64,000 nt of DNA from Felis catus (taxonomy: Eukaryota): the NCBI RefSeq assembly GCF_018350175.1, contig NC_058369.1:1738001-1802000 (forward strand), given 5' to 3'. A program made the position numbers and the translations under genes. Under the pieces are notes generated by a model. It ran no database searches. It was not told the origin of the DNA and saw nothing but the letters and a program-made list of their open reading frames with translations. Shown here piece by piece: positions 49,397-58,822 of the stretch; within the stretch, counting starts at the first letter, position 1; the number at the start of each line of letters is the position of its first letter.

Positions 49397-50131
49397 TCAC
49401 CACTTGAGGAAGACCATGCCGGCCAGGACAGCGTAACCCAGCACCAGGAAGAGGACTTTGAGCAGACGGTCACTGTTCTCCTCCAGCTCCTTCGCCAGGA
49501 TCTCAAAGAAGGTGACGAAGAGGAACGTGCCGCCCGCCAGGCCCTGCAGCAGCACCGAGGCCACGCTACTGGGCACACCCTGTGCGCTCTCGATGCCCAG
49601 GCCGACGCCGATGCCCAGGGGAATCATGGCGCTCACGGTGACGGCCAGCTTGGCCGCGTCCCTCAGGGCCATGGAGCACCTGGCCATGCTGATGCCCAGG
49701 GCCACGGCCACCAGCGTCTCGTGGACGGCCACCCCCACGAACAGGCTCACCACCTTCTCGCCGTCCTCCTGCAGGCCCAGGGCCAGGCCCTCGAAGATGG
49801 AGTGCGCCGACAGGGCAAACACCAGGCTGAGGAGCCTCAGCGGGCTGGAGCGCGACAGCTCCTGGACGCTGAGCCCGTGTGCGTGGGGGTGGGGCTCCGC
49901 GTAGAGTGCATGGCCCCGCGTGCCCCCCATGAAGGGGCTCTCGTACTCCGAGTCGCTGCCAGCGTCCGAGCCGGCGTTGAAGGTCTCCAGGTCGATGAAG
50001 GACGGCTTCTCCCTGCGGAACGTCAGGATGAGCTGCTCCAGGAAGACGGTCATGAAGAAGCCCAGCATCACGATGGTCTCGGCCAGCGGGTAGTCGGTGC
50101 TGATGTGCCCGAGACTCAGAACCTTCTGGAG
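49397..50131 (-). CDS. SLC39A3: Zinc transporter ZIP3, last coding exon (aa 71-314)
   Basis: Acceptor catcctccgctccag|CTCCAGAAG; LQKVLSLGHISTDYPLAET... with His-rich loop HPHAHG, ZIP signatures HSIFEGLALG and VAVHE, ends VFLKW*; 210+735 nt gives 314 aa. Confidence 0.97.
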   Translation of the reverse strand, partial: LQKVLSLGHISTDYPLAETIVMLGFFMTVFLEQLILTFRREKPSFIDLETFNAGSDAGSDSEYESPFMGGTRGHALYAEPHPHAHGLSVQELSRSSPLRLLSLVFALSAHSIFEGLALGLQEDGEKVVSLFVGVAVHETLVAVALGISMARCSMALRDAAKLAVTVSAMIPLGIGVGLGIESAQGVPSSVASVLLQGLAGGTFLFVTFFEILAKELEENSDRLLKVLFLVLGYAVLAGMVFLKW

Positions 50132-50414
50132 CTGGAGCGGAGGATGTGTGAGGGAGGAGAAGGGGGAGAGGGGTTCAGAGGCGGGAGGCCTGGACACTCG
50201 CCACCAACACAACAGGGTCCCCAGATCTCACTGATCAGCTAGCAAAGCACAGAAGCCCCCCGTTCACACAAGAGGCTAAAAACGGGGGAAGGTGGACTCA
50301 CCCTTTGGTGGATTTGGAAGAAAACAGCAACAACAACATAAAAATATCCCTATTACAAAGGGGGTTGTGAGGCTTTACGTGACATCTACTAAATCGGCCC
50401 AATAACGTTAATTG

Positions 50415-51110
50415 TGCTGCCGCGGGCTGAACCGTGGTCCCTAAAGATACGTGCACGTGGAACCTCAGAACGTGACCTTCTCTGGAAGAAGGGTCTTTAC
50501 AGATGTAATTAAGGTGCTCCCGGCAGAGAGATTCGTATCTTAAAGGTTCCCAGCCCGCAGAATCTCCAAACTAACCCTACTTGGAGAGAGGCGATTCAGT
50601 GACAGTGAGGCTGTTAGGGTGGGCCCTGAGCCGACAGGACTGGAGTCCTTACGGGAACAGGAAAGACACGGGACCACCACATGAAGAGGCAGGAAGGAGA
50701 GAGGCCTGCGAGGGACCCAGGCCTGCCGGCATCTTGGTCTCGGACTTCCAGCCTCCCCACTGACCAAGAGTAGACGCCCATGGTTTGAGCTGTGGCACAC
50801 GGCTACGGCAGCCCCAGGAAACTCACGCATCGGGATCTTGAGACGAGATCATCCTAAATCAGGGCGGGCTCTAAGTCCAGCAACAGTGTCCTTATGAGAC
50901 ACAAAAGGAAAGGACACACAGAGACACGGGGAGACGGGCATGAGACTGGGGTGATGTACCTACAAGTCAAGGAATGCCAAGGATTGCCAACAAACCTCCC
51001 GAAGCAGGGAAAGGGGCACAGGACAGATTCTCCCTCACGGTCTCAGAAGGACCCAGCCCTGCTGACACGGTGATCTCAGCCTTCTGGCCTCCATCACGGT
51101 CACAGCAACT
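50415..51110 (+). mobile_element. Nested MLT1-type LTRs in SLC39A3 intron 2
   Basis: ggaacctcagaacgtgacctt...gggtctttacagatgtaattaagg; gtcaaggaatgccaaggattgcca; inner LTR ~50520-50830. Confidence 0.7.
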
Positions 51111-51694
51111 GGCCTTTGCAGCCCTGGGGCCTGCGTGGGGTTTGCTTGCACAAGGCACCCCGACCTCCTGGGTGGACAAGCTGGGAACGAGGGAGACTCC
51201 TCAGACATCCACCTGCACCCCCGCAGATGCCTCGAGCTAGCCCCGTCCAGTAGAGCTTTCCAGTGACAGAAAGGCTTTCTGTCTGTGCTGATACCGATAC
51301 GGAAGTCACTGGCCGCGCGTGGCCCATGTGGACCTTAGGCGTGGCTGGTGCGGCCAAGGACGGGCATGTTGAACCGTGTTTCATGTTAAGTCACTGAAAC
51401 GTGACTAGACAGGCCTACAACAGGCTGCCACTCCTCACAGCTGGGTCGGGTGGCCCCTGCTCACGAGGGTGTGTGTGCACTCCACGCTGGTCCGGCCTGG
51501 GGGCTGCAGGGTGAGCTGTTGGCCGTCTGGACCGTTCCTCCTCCACTTTCACTCACGGCTGCACAATGCTCACGTGCACATGCAATTCCCGAGGGCTCCA
51601 CCTGAGCCAGGCGCTCCAAACTATGCTCGTGACACCCCTTTCTTTCCTGTCACAGCCTTCGTGACAGCCCGGGAACACACACACACACACACAC

Positions 51695-51960
51695 TGGGGG
51701 CTATCCTGCCCCAGGGCACACCTGCAAAGTCTGAGGACACTGTGGTCGTCACGACTTGCGACGGGTAGTGCTGGCATTGGGGCCAGGTCATTCTCTGTCC
51801 GGGGGCCGTTCTGGGCACCAGAGGGAGGTGGGAGAGGGTGTGGAACAGCATCCCTGGCCCCACCCACCTGATGCCAGGAGCTCCGCCAGTCGTGATGACC
51901 TCAGATGTCTCCAGACATCATCCAGTAACCCTGGGGGTAGGACGCCCAGGTGAGACCCCC
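51695..51960. mobile_element. Two MER20-like copies fused in inverted orientation (SLC39A3 intron 2)
   Basis: + copy 5' half 51695-51780, minus copy 51770-51960. Confidence 0.6.
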
Positions 51961-52399
51961 TGACCCAGTGACCTGCCATCACTCAGTGTCCCCTGGTGGC
52001 AGAGTCGTCCCCCACAGGGGAACCCCCGCTGCTGCAGAGGCCGTGTTTTGTAGAGAAGCCGCTTCATTCATTTGCCAAACATCTCACAGAGGCCTGCGTG
52101 TGCTACACCTGGGGAGACACCAGCACGTGGGGAGCACTAACCCCCCACCCCAGGGATGAACATGGATCAGATCAGATCGAGGAAGACAAGGCAGACGCAA
52201 AAGCCACAGTGTGCAGCACTGCTCTCTGCAGGGTGACCGTGCCAGCTGAGGCTGGCCAGGGGCCGCAGGGGAGGGACCTGACCCTCCAAGGCTCAGGTGC
52301 GGGCAGGCGTGCGGCATGGAGTGGCTCTGGGAGGACCATGGAAGGGCCACATGCACCATCACAGCAGTCTGGGCCTGAGGACTCTGAGATTTTATCCCC

Positions 52400-52870
52400 C
52401 CTGGACGCTGACTGTGTGAGTCTCCCACACTGTGAACAAAGGAGCACGAGGCTAGCAGCGGAAGGCCGCAGAAACGTGTCAACTCGCAGCTTTGGACGCC
52501 CAAGATGCAGGCACCGGCTGTGGCCTGCTGATGAAACATGCGGCCGTGTTGGGGAGGCCCACGTGGCCAGGGCCTGAGGGCCATCCTCCGCCAGCAGCCG
52601 GGGAGAAACTAGGCCCCTGGGTCTGACAACCGGGAAGGGCTGAACTTGCCTTACCACCACATGAACTCAGAAACCGACCCGTCTCCTCAAACCCTGAGGT
52701 GAGGCCACAGCCCACGGATACCCGGAACGCTGTCTGAGAGAGCCCGGAGCAGGGGACCCTGCTACGTGCTGTCCAGACTCCAGCCCCACAAAAATTGTGA
52801 TAATAAACACGTATCCGGTTAAGGTGCTAAGTCTGTTGTGACTTGTTAGGCGGCAGCAGCTAACCGATAC
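52400..52870 (+). mobile_element. MLT1-type LTR fragment
   Basis: ccagactccagccccacaaaaattgtgataataaac...ttgttaggcggcagcagctaaccgataca. Confidence 0.65.
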
Positions 52871-53177
52871 AGGTGTTGAAGAGAGGCCCAAACTGCCAGC
52901 TTCAGGACAAAGTGTATGGCAGCCATGGTGGGCAGTCTGCTCAGGTAGCAACGGGTGAGCTCGCCAGCGAGCAACCCTGTGTCTAGTTCAAACCCCCTGT
53001 TTACCAGACAAGGCCCAGAGAAGAGAAGCAAGCAATGCACGGTCACACAGCAAATCCACTTCCTGTCACCCTTACAGTGTCAAGGCTCCACCCAGCTTGG
53101 TGGCTTTAGTGAAAAAACGTCAGTGACCCTTGGCCATAAGGTGCCAAGGGCGGCGTCTACCCCCGGGGACCCCTTAC

Positions 53178-53387
53178 CTTTTCCCTCACGGCGGGCAGGA
53201 GGGCATTGAAGCACGTGGCCAGAAAGACGCCGCCTCCGAAGGTGTTGCAGAGCGAGAGGATCTTTTTTGAGCGATGGGCCTTCTCAAAATCCGTCTCGAT
53301 GATCTTCACCGGGAGCAGGGAGCCAAGCAGCATGAAGAAGAACACGCCCACCATGCAGAGGACTTTGGCCACCAACAACTTCATCAT
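53178..53387 (-). CDS. SLC39A3: Zinc transporter ZIP3, first coding exon (aa 1-70)
   Basis: Kozak gccaccaccATG; MMKLLVAKVLCMVGVFFFMLLGSLLPVKIIETDFEKAHRSKKILSLCNTFGGGVFLATCFNALLPAVREK; donor AAG|gtaagg, phase 0. Confidence 0.96.
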
Positions 53388-53509
53388 GGTGGTGGCCCAG
53401 GCTGCTCCGGTCACCGCGGGGCCAAACCATGTGTGGGCGCACACTCCCGTCCCACGATGTGCTACTGGGCCCAGCCACGTGGCTGGGGGCTCATGCCTCG
53501 GTTCATCCG
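53388..53509 (-). other. SLC39A3: SLC39A3 exon 2, 5'UTR portion (122 nt)
   Basis: Acceptor ttgcccctggcgttcacag|CGGATG at 53510/53509. Confidence 0.7.
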
Positions 53510-53689
53510 CTGTGAACGCCAGGGGCAACCGCGTCAGCTGTTGGATCACCTGCCCAGCTCTAGTGACCAAGCCCATCACCCCCAGGACCTTGCTCCATTC
53601 CAGGCCTAGCCCGCATCCCTGCCTTCCGCAGGAGTATCCACGGCTGCACTGTCCGGTATGGGAGCCACTGGCCACGTGCGTCTATTTAA

Positions 53690-53855
53690 GCTAAGGAGAA
53701 CTGAATGAAAGGCAAAATTCGGCTCCTCGGTCACACCAGTCATACTGCAAGTGTCCAATAGCCACACAAGTGCCGTCGCCACCATACTGGACAGCGCAGA
53801 CAGAGAACATCTCCACTGCTGCAGAATGTTCTATCGGGTGGTGCTGCTCCACTGG
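53690..53855 (-). mobile_element. MER3/MER33-like hAT MITE
   Basis: aatagccacacaagtg, tactggacagcgcag, agaatgttctat. Confidence 0.55.
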
Positions 53856-54699
53856 TTTCCCACTGCCCGTACGTGAAACCAAGCACCATACCCTGTACAG
53901 AAGGCCCTGCACCATTGGCTTCGCTCACCCCACACGGGCTTTTGTGGGCCTTGAATATGCCTAGCCCGTTCCTGCCTCAGGGCCTTTGTATGGGTTGTTC
54001 TCTTGTCCTGGAACATGTCTTCCCCCTGACCTCCCGATGATGTCTTGTCTTTTAGGTCACTGCCTCCAGGATGCCTTGGAAGGGCCTCCCCTGGCGGACC
54101 TGTGCCCTAAACTGTATGCCTTGTACCCACCGCGAGTCCTGGTGCAGAACAGATGCTCAGTAACCACTGGCAACCAAACAGGTGAGCTGAATGAAGCATG
54201 TGGACCTCTTTACAGGACTCCACGAACCCAAGTGGTGCAGATATCGCCCTGGACTCGAAAGCGTCACTGTTAGTACGAGGGCCCTTGGCTGCTCCTCTGT
54301 CCCTTAGTTTCCTCCTAACCTCCCAGCTCTCACGGCCCACACCCCACTTCACTGAGGTCTTCAGGTCTCAGCTCGGATGCCACCGGATGGAGGGGCCTCT
54401 CCCTCCCCTTCCCTGGCGTGAAGTTCTGGCATTATTTGTGCTACAGGAAACTGCATAACTCAGAGTCCCTGAATGCGCTCCCTTGCTCAGGGCTGCAAGC
54501 TCCGCGCGGGCAGAGAGCCTGTCTTGCTGGAGGCGGGCCCCCCAGCAGCACCCAGTGCACAGGCAGGTCGACGGCGGGCATCGCGTAAATCCCTGCCGGG
54601 TGTCCAGATGCCCCGGTCTGTGCAGTGCGGGTGGGGAGGGGGGCTGTGCGCTCTCAACCCGGGGGCTGATGGGGGTGGGACCAGGACAGCACAGGCGCA

Positions 54700-55200
54700 T
54701 TCATTCATTCACTCACTACACACCGAGCGTCTGTTGTGTGCCCGCGCTGCAGCGGGGGCCCCGGGGAGGGCGAGGCCGAGGCCGAGAGGGCTCCGCCGGG
54801 GAGGGAGCAACTCGCGCTCTGCCCGGGGGACTCGAAAGCTAATTACTACAGACAGACCTCGCCGATCGGGGGGGAAACCAGCCTCGGGGCCGCAGCCGGG
54901 CCTCCGCTAACGGGCGGCCGAGCCGGCCAGACCCCGAAACGCCCCGCCCTGGCACCCAGCCCCAGGCCCCCGGTCCCCGGCCCCTGTCCGCACGCACCTC
55001 CGCCGGGCCCTCGCCCGCCCGCCGGCGCCTCCCGCCGCTCAACCGCCGCGCGGTCTCGACCCCACAAGCCGTGCTCCTGTCCGGCCCCGGCTCCGCGCGC
55101 GGCTGCCCACGCCCCGCCCACGCCGCTGCTCATTGGCTACCCCGAGCGCCACGGGCCGAGTGTATCGTGTCCATTAGCCGCTGTGGTTGCCACTCATCCT
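54700..55200. promoter_or_regulatory. CpG island / SLC39A3 promoter
   Basis: CpG-dense, GC boxes, CCAAT box. Confidence 0.85.
54998..55085 (-). other. SLC39A3: SLC39A3 non-coding exon 1 (5' end approximate)
   Basis: Donor GAG|gtgcgt at 54998/54997 in a CpG island; GC box at 55111-55119 and CCAAT (minus, 55132-55136) just upstream. Confidence 0.7.
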
Positions 55201-56121
55201 GTGAACCCCCCCCCCCCCCCCGCCACCCCCGCCACCTCTCCTACCGGCATGGGAAAGTAGTTTCCTGTTTCTGAGAGGTAGGTACAGCCAGCAGGTGCCT
55301 CCGGCGGGAAACTCCAGCCCTAGAGGAATGGTTCCGGTACGACTTGGCTGCCAGAGCTGTCCAGGGGTGCCCGGTGCTGAATCCCGCTCTAGGGAGGTTT
55401 GGCCATTGATGGGAAACCATTTGCTACGGGAGACTGTCTCTCCCTGAGCGTCCACGACGCTGGTGTCCTTCCCTTCAATTTAAGACGCAGATTCATCTGT
55501 GTCCACATCCCTGCCTTCTATGTGTTCCAGGGCCTCTTGTAGAAGAACATCTGTGAACAAACCAAGATCCGCCACCCTCCCCACACCCCGCCAACTTCGG
55601 AGCTTACATTCTAGGAGAAGACACAGAAAATAATCAGTAAACATAATAAGTAATGGAATGATGTCGGAAGGTAACAAGTGCCCTGGGATAAAAGAGCCAA
55701 TGAGGAGCTATCAAAAGTTCTGGGTATGGGTTGCTATTTTAAGTAAGGTGCTTAATGTTTGAGCAAAGGTGAACATGAAGTTAGTCCAGCGGGTATATGG
55801 AGGCAGACCGTCACACACATAAGGGACTGAGAATACGGAGGCCCTGGCAGGTCTGTGCAAGAATGCCAGTGTGGCCAAAGCACAGGATAAAAGGACATGG
55901 GTCACAAGAGGCCTTGGAGGGAAATAGGGAGCAGTTGCAGTTTTGGTCAGAGACGTGACAGATCCAGCATCTTTTAACACAATCATTTGGTTATTGTAAC
56001 AATGCTGCTAACAGGCCAAATAAGATGAAGACTGAGAATTGTTGATAGTTTTTAGACAGAGAGAAGACAATACTTTTTTAAAAAGCTTGTTTCACTGCCC
56101 TATAAAAACAACCAGAGTTAT

Positions 56122-56152
56122 GTGCTCACTTTGGCAGCACATATACTAAAAT
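56122..56152 (+). pseudogene. 3'-truncated U6 snRNA retrocopy (first 31 nt)
   Basis: gtgctcactttggcagcacatatactaaaat vs U6 GTGCTCGCTTCGGCAGCACATATACTAAAAT: 2 CpG transitions; A-rich tail follows; gagttat on both flanks. Confidence 0.88.
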
Positions 56153-56279
56153 AATAATTAAAAAAAAATTTTAAAGCGATGAGTTATAAAAGAGAAGACT
56201 GTATTCATTTGTTTACTAAAGTCTTGTTGTCAGCGTACTATGAGCCAGGCATGAAGAGAGCTGCTAAGAATAAAGCACA

Positions 56280-56610
56280 GAGTGCCACGGTGTGGATGGA
56301 CCCAGAGGACACTGTGTGCAGTGACAGAAGACAGACACAGAAGGTATGTCCTGTGTGACTCCACTCACAGGGGGTCCCTAGAGGAATCCCATCCAGAGCA
56401 CTGGTGGGATCCAGTGCTGGGACAAAGAGCGGGGAGTCAGTGTTTCATGGGGACAGAGTCTCAGTTTGGGGAGATGGAAAGTTCTGGAGACAGATGGTGG
56501 GAGTGGCTGCATGACAGTGTGAGTGTTGCCTGATGCTGCTGAACTGTGCCCTTAAGAGTGGTTAAAATGGTACATTTAATTTTATGTATATCTCACCACA
56601 ACTAAAAAAT
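56280..56610 (+). mobile_element. Old L1M (L1MB-like) 3' end fragment
   Basis: gaactgtgcccttaagagtggttaaaatggtacattt...tatatctcaccacaa terminal motif. Confidence 0.7.
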
Positions 56611-56620
56611 TTTAAATTTC

Positions 56621-56802
56621 TTTTTTAAATGTTTATTTTGAGAAAGAGATAGAGTGTGAGCGGGGGAGGAGCAGAGAGAGAAGGAGACTGAAAACCCTAA
56701 ACAGGCTCTGCATTGACAGCTCAAACGAGGGGCAAAACCCCACAAACTGTGAGGTCATGACCCGAGCCAAAGAGTCATGCTCACCTGAGCCACCCAGGCG
56801 CC
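56621..56802 (-). mobile_element. CAN-SINE (diverged)
   Basis: Reverse head tgagccacccaggcgcc, GA-rich body. Confidence 0.85.
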
Positions 56803-56904
56803 TCCCCCGCCCAAATTTTCATTAATGGAGTATAAAACGAACCCTAGGTCCTTACAGTTCACAGTCTAGTGAGAGAGACAAATACAAATGAATTAATAGC
56901 ACAC

Positions 56905-57470
56905 CACGATGGGCAGATTTCTAAGATGGTTCCACACGATCTCGACATCCTAGTACCCATGCCTTTGTGCGATTCCCTCCTTGACTCTGGGCTGCCCCTG
57001 GGGACTTGATTCTAACAAACAGAATATGGCAGAGGAATGGGATGTCATTTCCCTGACTGGGTTACAAAACACCGACTTCTGTCCTCCTAGCACAACTCCA
57101 TTGCCTTTTCAGCTTGTATGCCTTGACGAAGCAAGCTGAGACGCTGGAGAGGCCCGCACTGCAAGGGGCTGAGGATGACCGCCAGCCAACAGTCAGCAGA
57201 CCTTCAGTGCAAGAGCCTGTTAAATTACTGGATCCTGCCAACATCGTGAATGATCACGGAAGGGGGTCCTGTCTCAATCATGCCTTCCGACGACTGCTGC
57301 TCAGTGGGCACCTTGATTATAGACTTTGAGAGACCCTGAAGCTGAGGGCCCATCTAAGCTGCACCTGGATTCCTAATCCACAAAAACTATGGGATAACAA
57401 ATGTTGCTGTTTCAAAGCCACTAAGTTGGGGGGGGGGGTAGTTTGTTAGGCAGAAGGTAACTAGGTAATG
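56905..57470 (+). mobile_element. MLT1-type solo LTR
   Basis: ttctaagatgg, acagaatatggcaga, ctggattcctaatccaca, gccactaagtt. Confidence 0.7.
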
Positions 57471-57517
57471 CACATACGTAAAGGAAAAACTACCGACTGT
57501 ACGAAATGCCCTGAAGA

Positions 57518-57720
57518 GGGGGGCCTGGGTGGTTCAGTCGGTTAACCATCTGACTTCAGCTCAGGTCGTGATCTCACAGTTCATGGGTTCAAGCCCCGCG
57601 TTGGGTTCTGCGCTGACAGCTCAGAGCCTGGAACCTGCTTCAGATTCTGTGTCTCCCTCTCTCTCTGCCCCTCCCCCACTTGCGCTCTCTCTCTTAAAAA
57701 AAAAAAAAAAAAAAAAAAAA
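57518..57720 (+). mobile_element. CAN-SINE
   Basis: TSD gccctgaaga at 57508-57517 and 57721-57730. Confidence 0.94.
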
Positions 57721-57762
57721 GCCCTGAAGAGAAAGAGTTTTGTGTGCGAATTAACCAAGTCC

Positions 57763-57764
<2 letters not shown>

Positions 57765-57803
<39 letters not shown>
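57765..57803. repeat. (TG)n microsatellite
   Basis: Direct reading. Confidence 0.95.
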
Positions 57804-57806
<3 letters not shown>

Positions 57807-57920
57807 GTAGGGCAGCAGAGGACAGTTGGTATAAACATAGATAAGAACTTGCTGTAGTTGAGGGACTGGGAAGCTGGGCTGTTGTATCATTGCCTGCCCA
57901 CGTGGATACATAAAATTATG

Positions 57921-58104
57921 GGGGCACCTGCGTGGCTCAATTAAGTGTTTCACTTCTGCTCAGCTCATGATCTCACCATTCATGAGTTTGAGTCCCATGT
58001 CAGGCTCTGTGCTGACAGCTCAGAGCCTGGAAACTGCTTCGGATTTTGTGTCTCCCTCTCTGCTCCTTCCCCACCCACCCCCTCAAAAATAAACGTTAAA
58101 AAAA
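57921..58104 (+). mobile_element. CAN-SINE (diverged)
   Basis: Head, body, aataaacgttaaaa tail. Confidence 0.88.
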
Positions 58105-58805
58105 TCAACTATCACAACGTTATGCTCTAAGAAAATCTGCCCACCTGAAGTCATATTCTAAATTTTCTTCTATGATCTTTATAATTTTGCCTTTAAAAAA
58201 AATTCCATTTTACACACATTCAAAAACAGGCCACACTAACCCATGGCAATCAACACTAAGGCAGCGTTACCCTTGGGGGATATGAGGGGAGGTGGCTGGG
58301 TTCTGTTCTTGGCCCCGGTGCCGATGACAAGGGCATGCTCCCTGCATGAAAACTCATCGGGCGGTTTGCTCGTGATGTGTGCACTTCTGTGCATGTGTTA
58401 CGCTATGAGGAAAAGAGTTAGCAGCCTAGTAAGGAGGGAGAGTGGACCCCCACACCTACCTGACCTTACAAAGAGCTTCCGACAGCCACGAGCCGAGCAG
58501 AATCTGTGGTTCCATTCTCCGACCCGGGCACAGAAGGGATCTGTATCTCCCACCCTATATTGTACCAGGCACCCCAGGACGGCGGCCTTGTCATGGCACA
58601 GCGCCCAGCAGAAAGTCCGTGGCTATGAGGATTTACAATCCTGAAAGGGAACCAGGTCTGGAAAGCACAGCTCTGACCCCTAGGGCCATGGCAGTTTCTA
58701 GCCTCCTGCCCAGGTGGTTTCAGAAATGGACGTAGCCTCCTCCTTTCTGTCCAGAGGCCGCGCGCCAGCCCTGGGATGGAGGCAGGCGGGAGGCCACGGT
58801 GCCGG

Positions 58806-58822
58806 TGCGCCACCTGGTGGCC
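58806..58822 (-). promoter_or_regulatory. Consensus-matching CTCF motif between the SGTA 3' end and the SLC39A3 promoter
   Basis: Minus strand GGCCACCAGGTGGCGCA. Confidence 0.5.

Noticed and set aside
50132..50212. N-terminal extension MCWWRV... of the SLC39A3 exon-3 ORF
   Set aside because: Intronic sequence upstream of the splice acceptor
49370..50242. 290-aa + strand ORF (also 49458-49904)
   Set aside because: Antisense shadow of SLC39A3 exon 3
53388..53675. N-terminal extension of the SLC39A3 exon-2 ORF
   Set aside because: Non-ATG start located in the intron; the true start has a strong Kozak context at 53387
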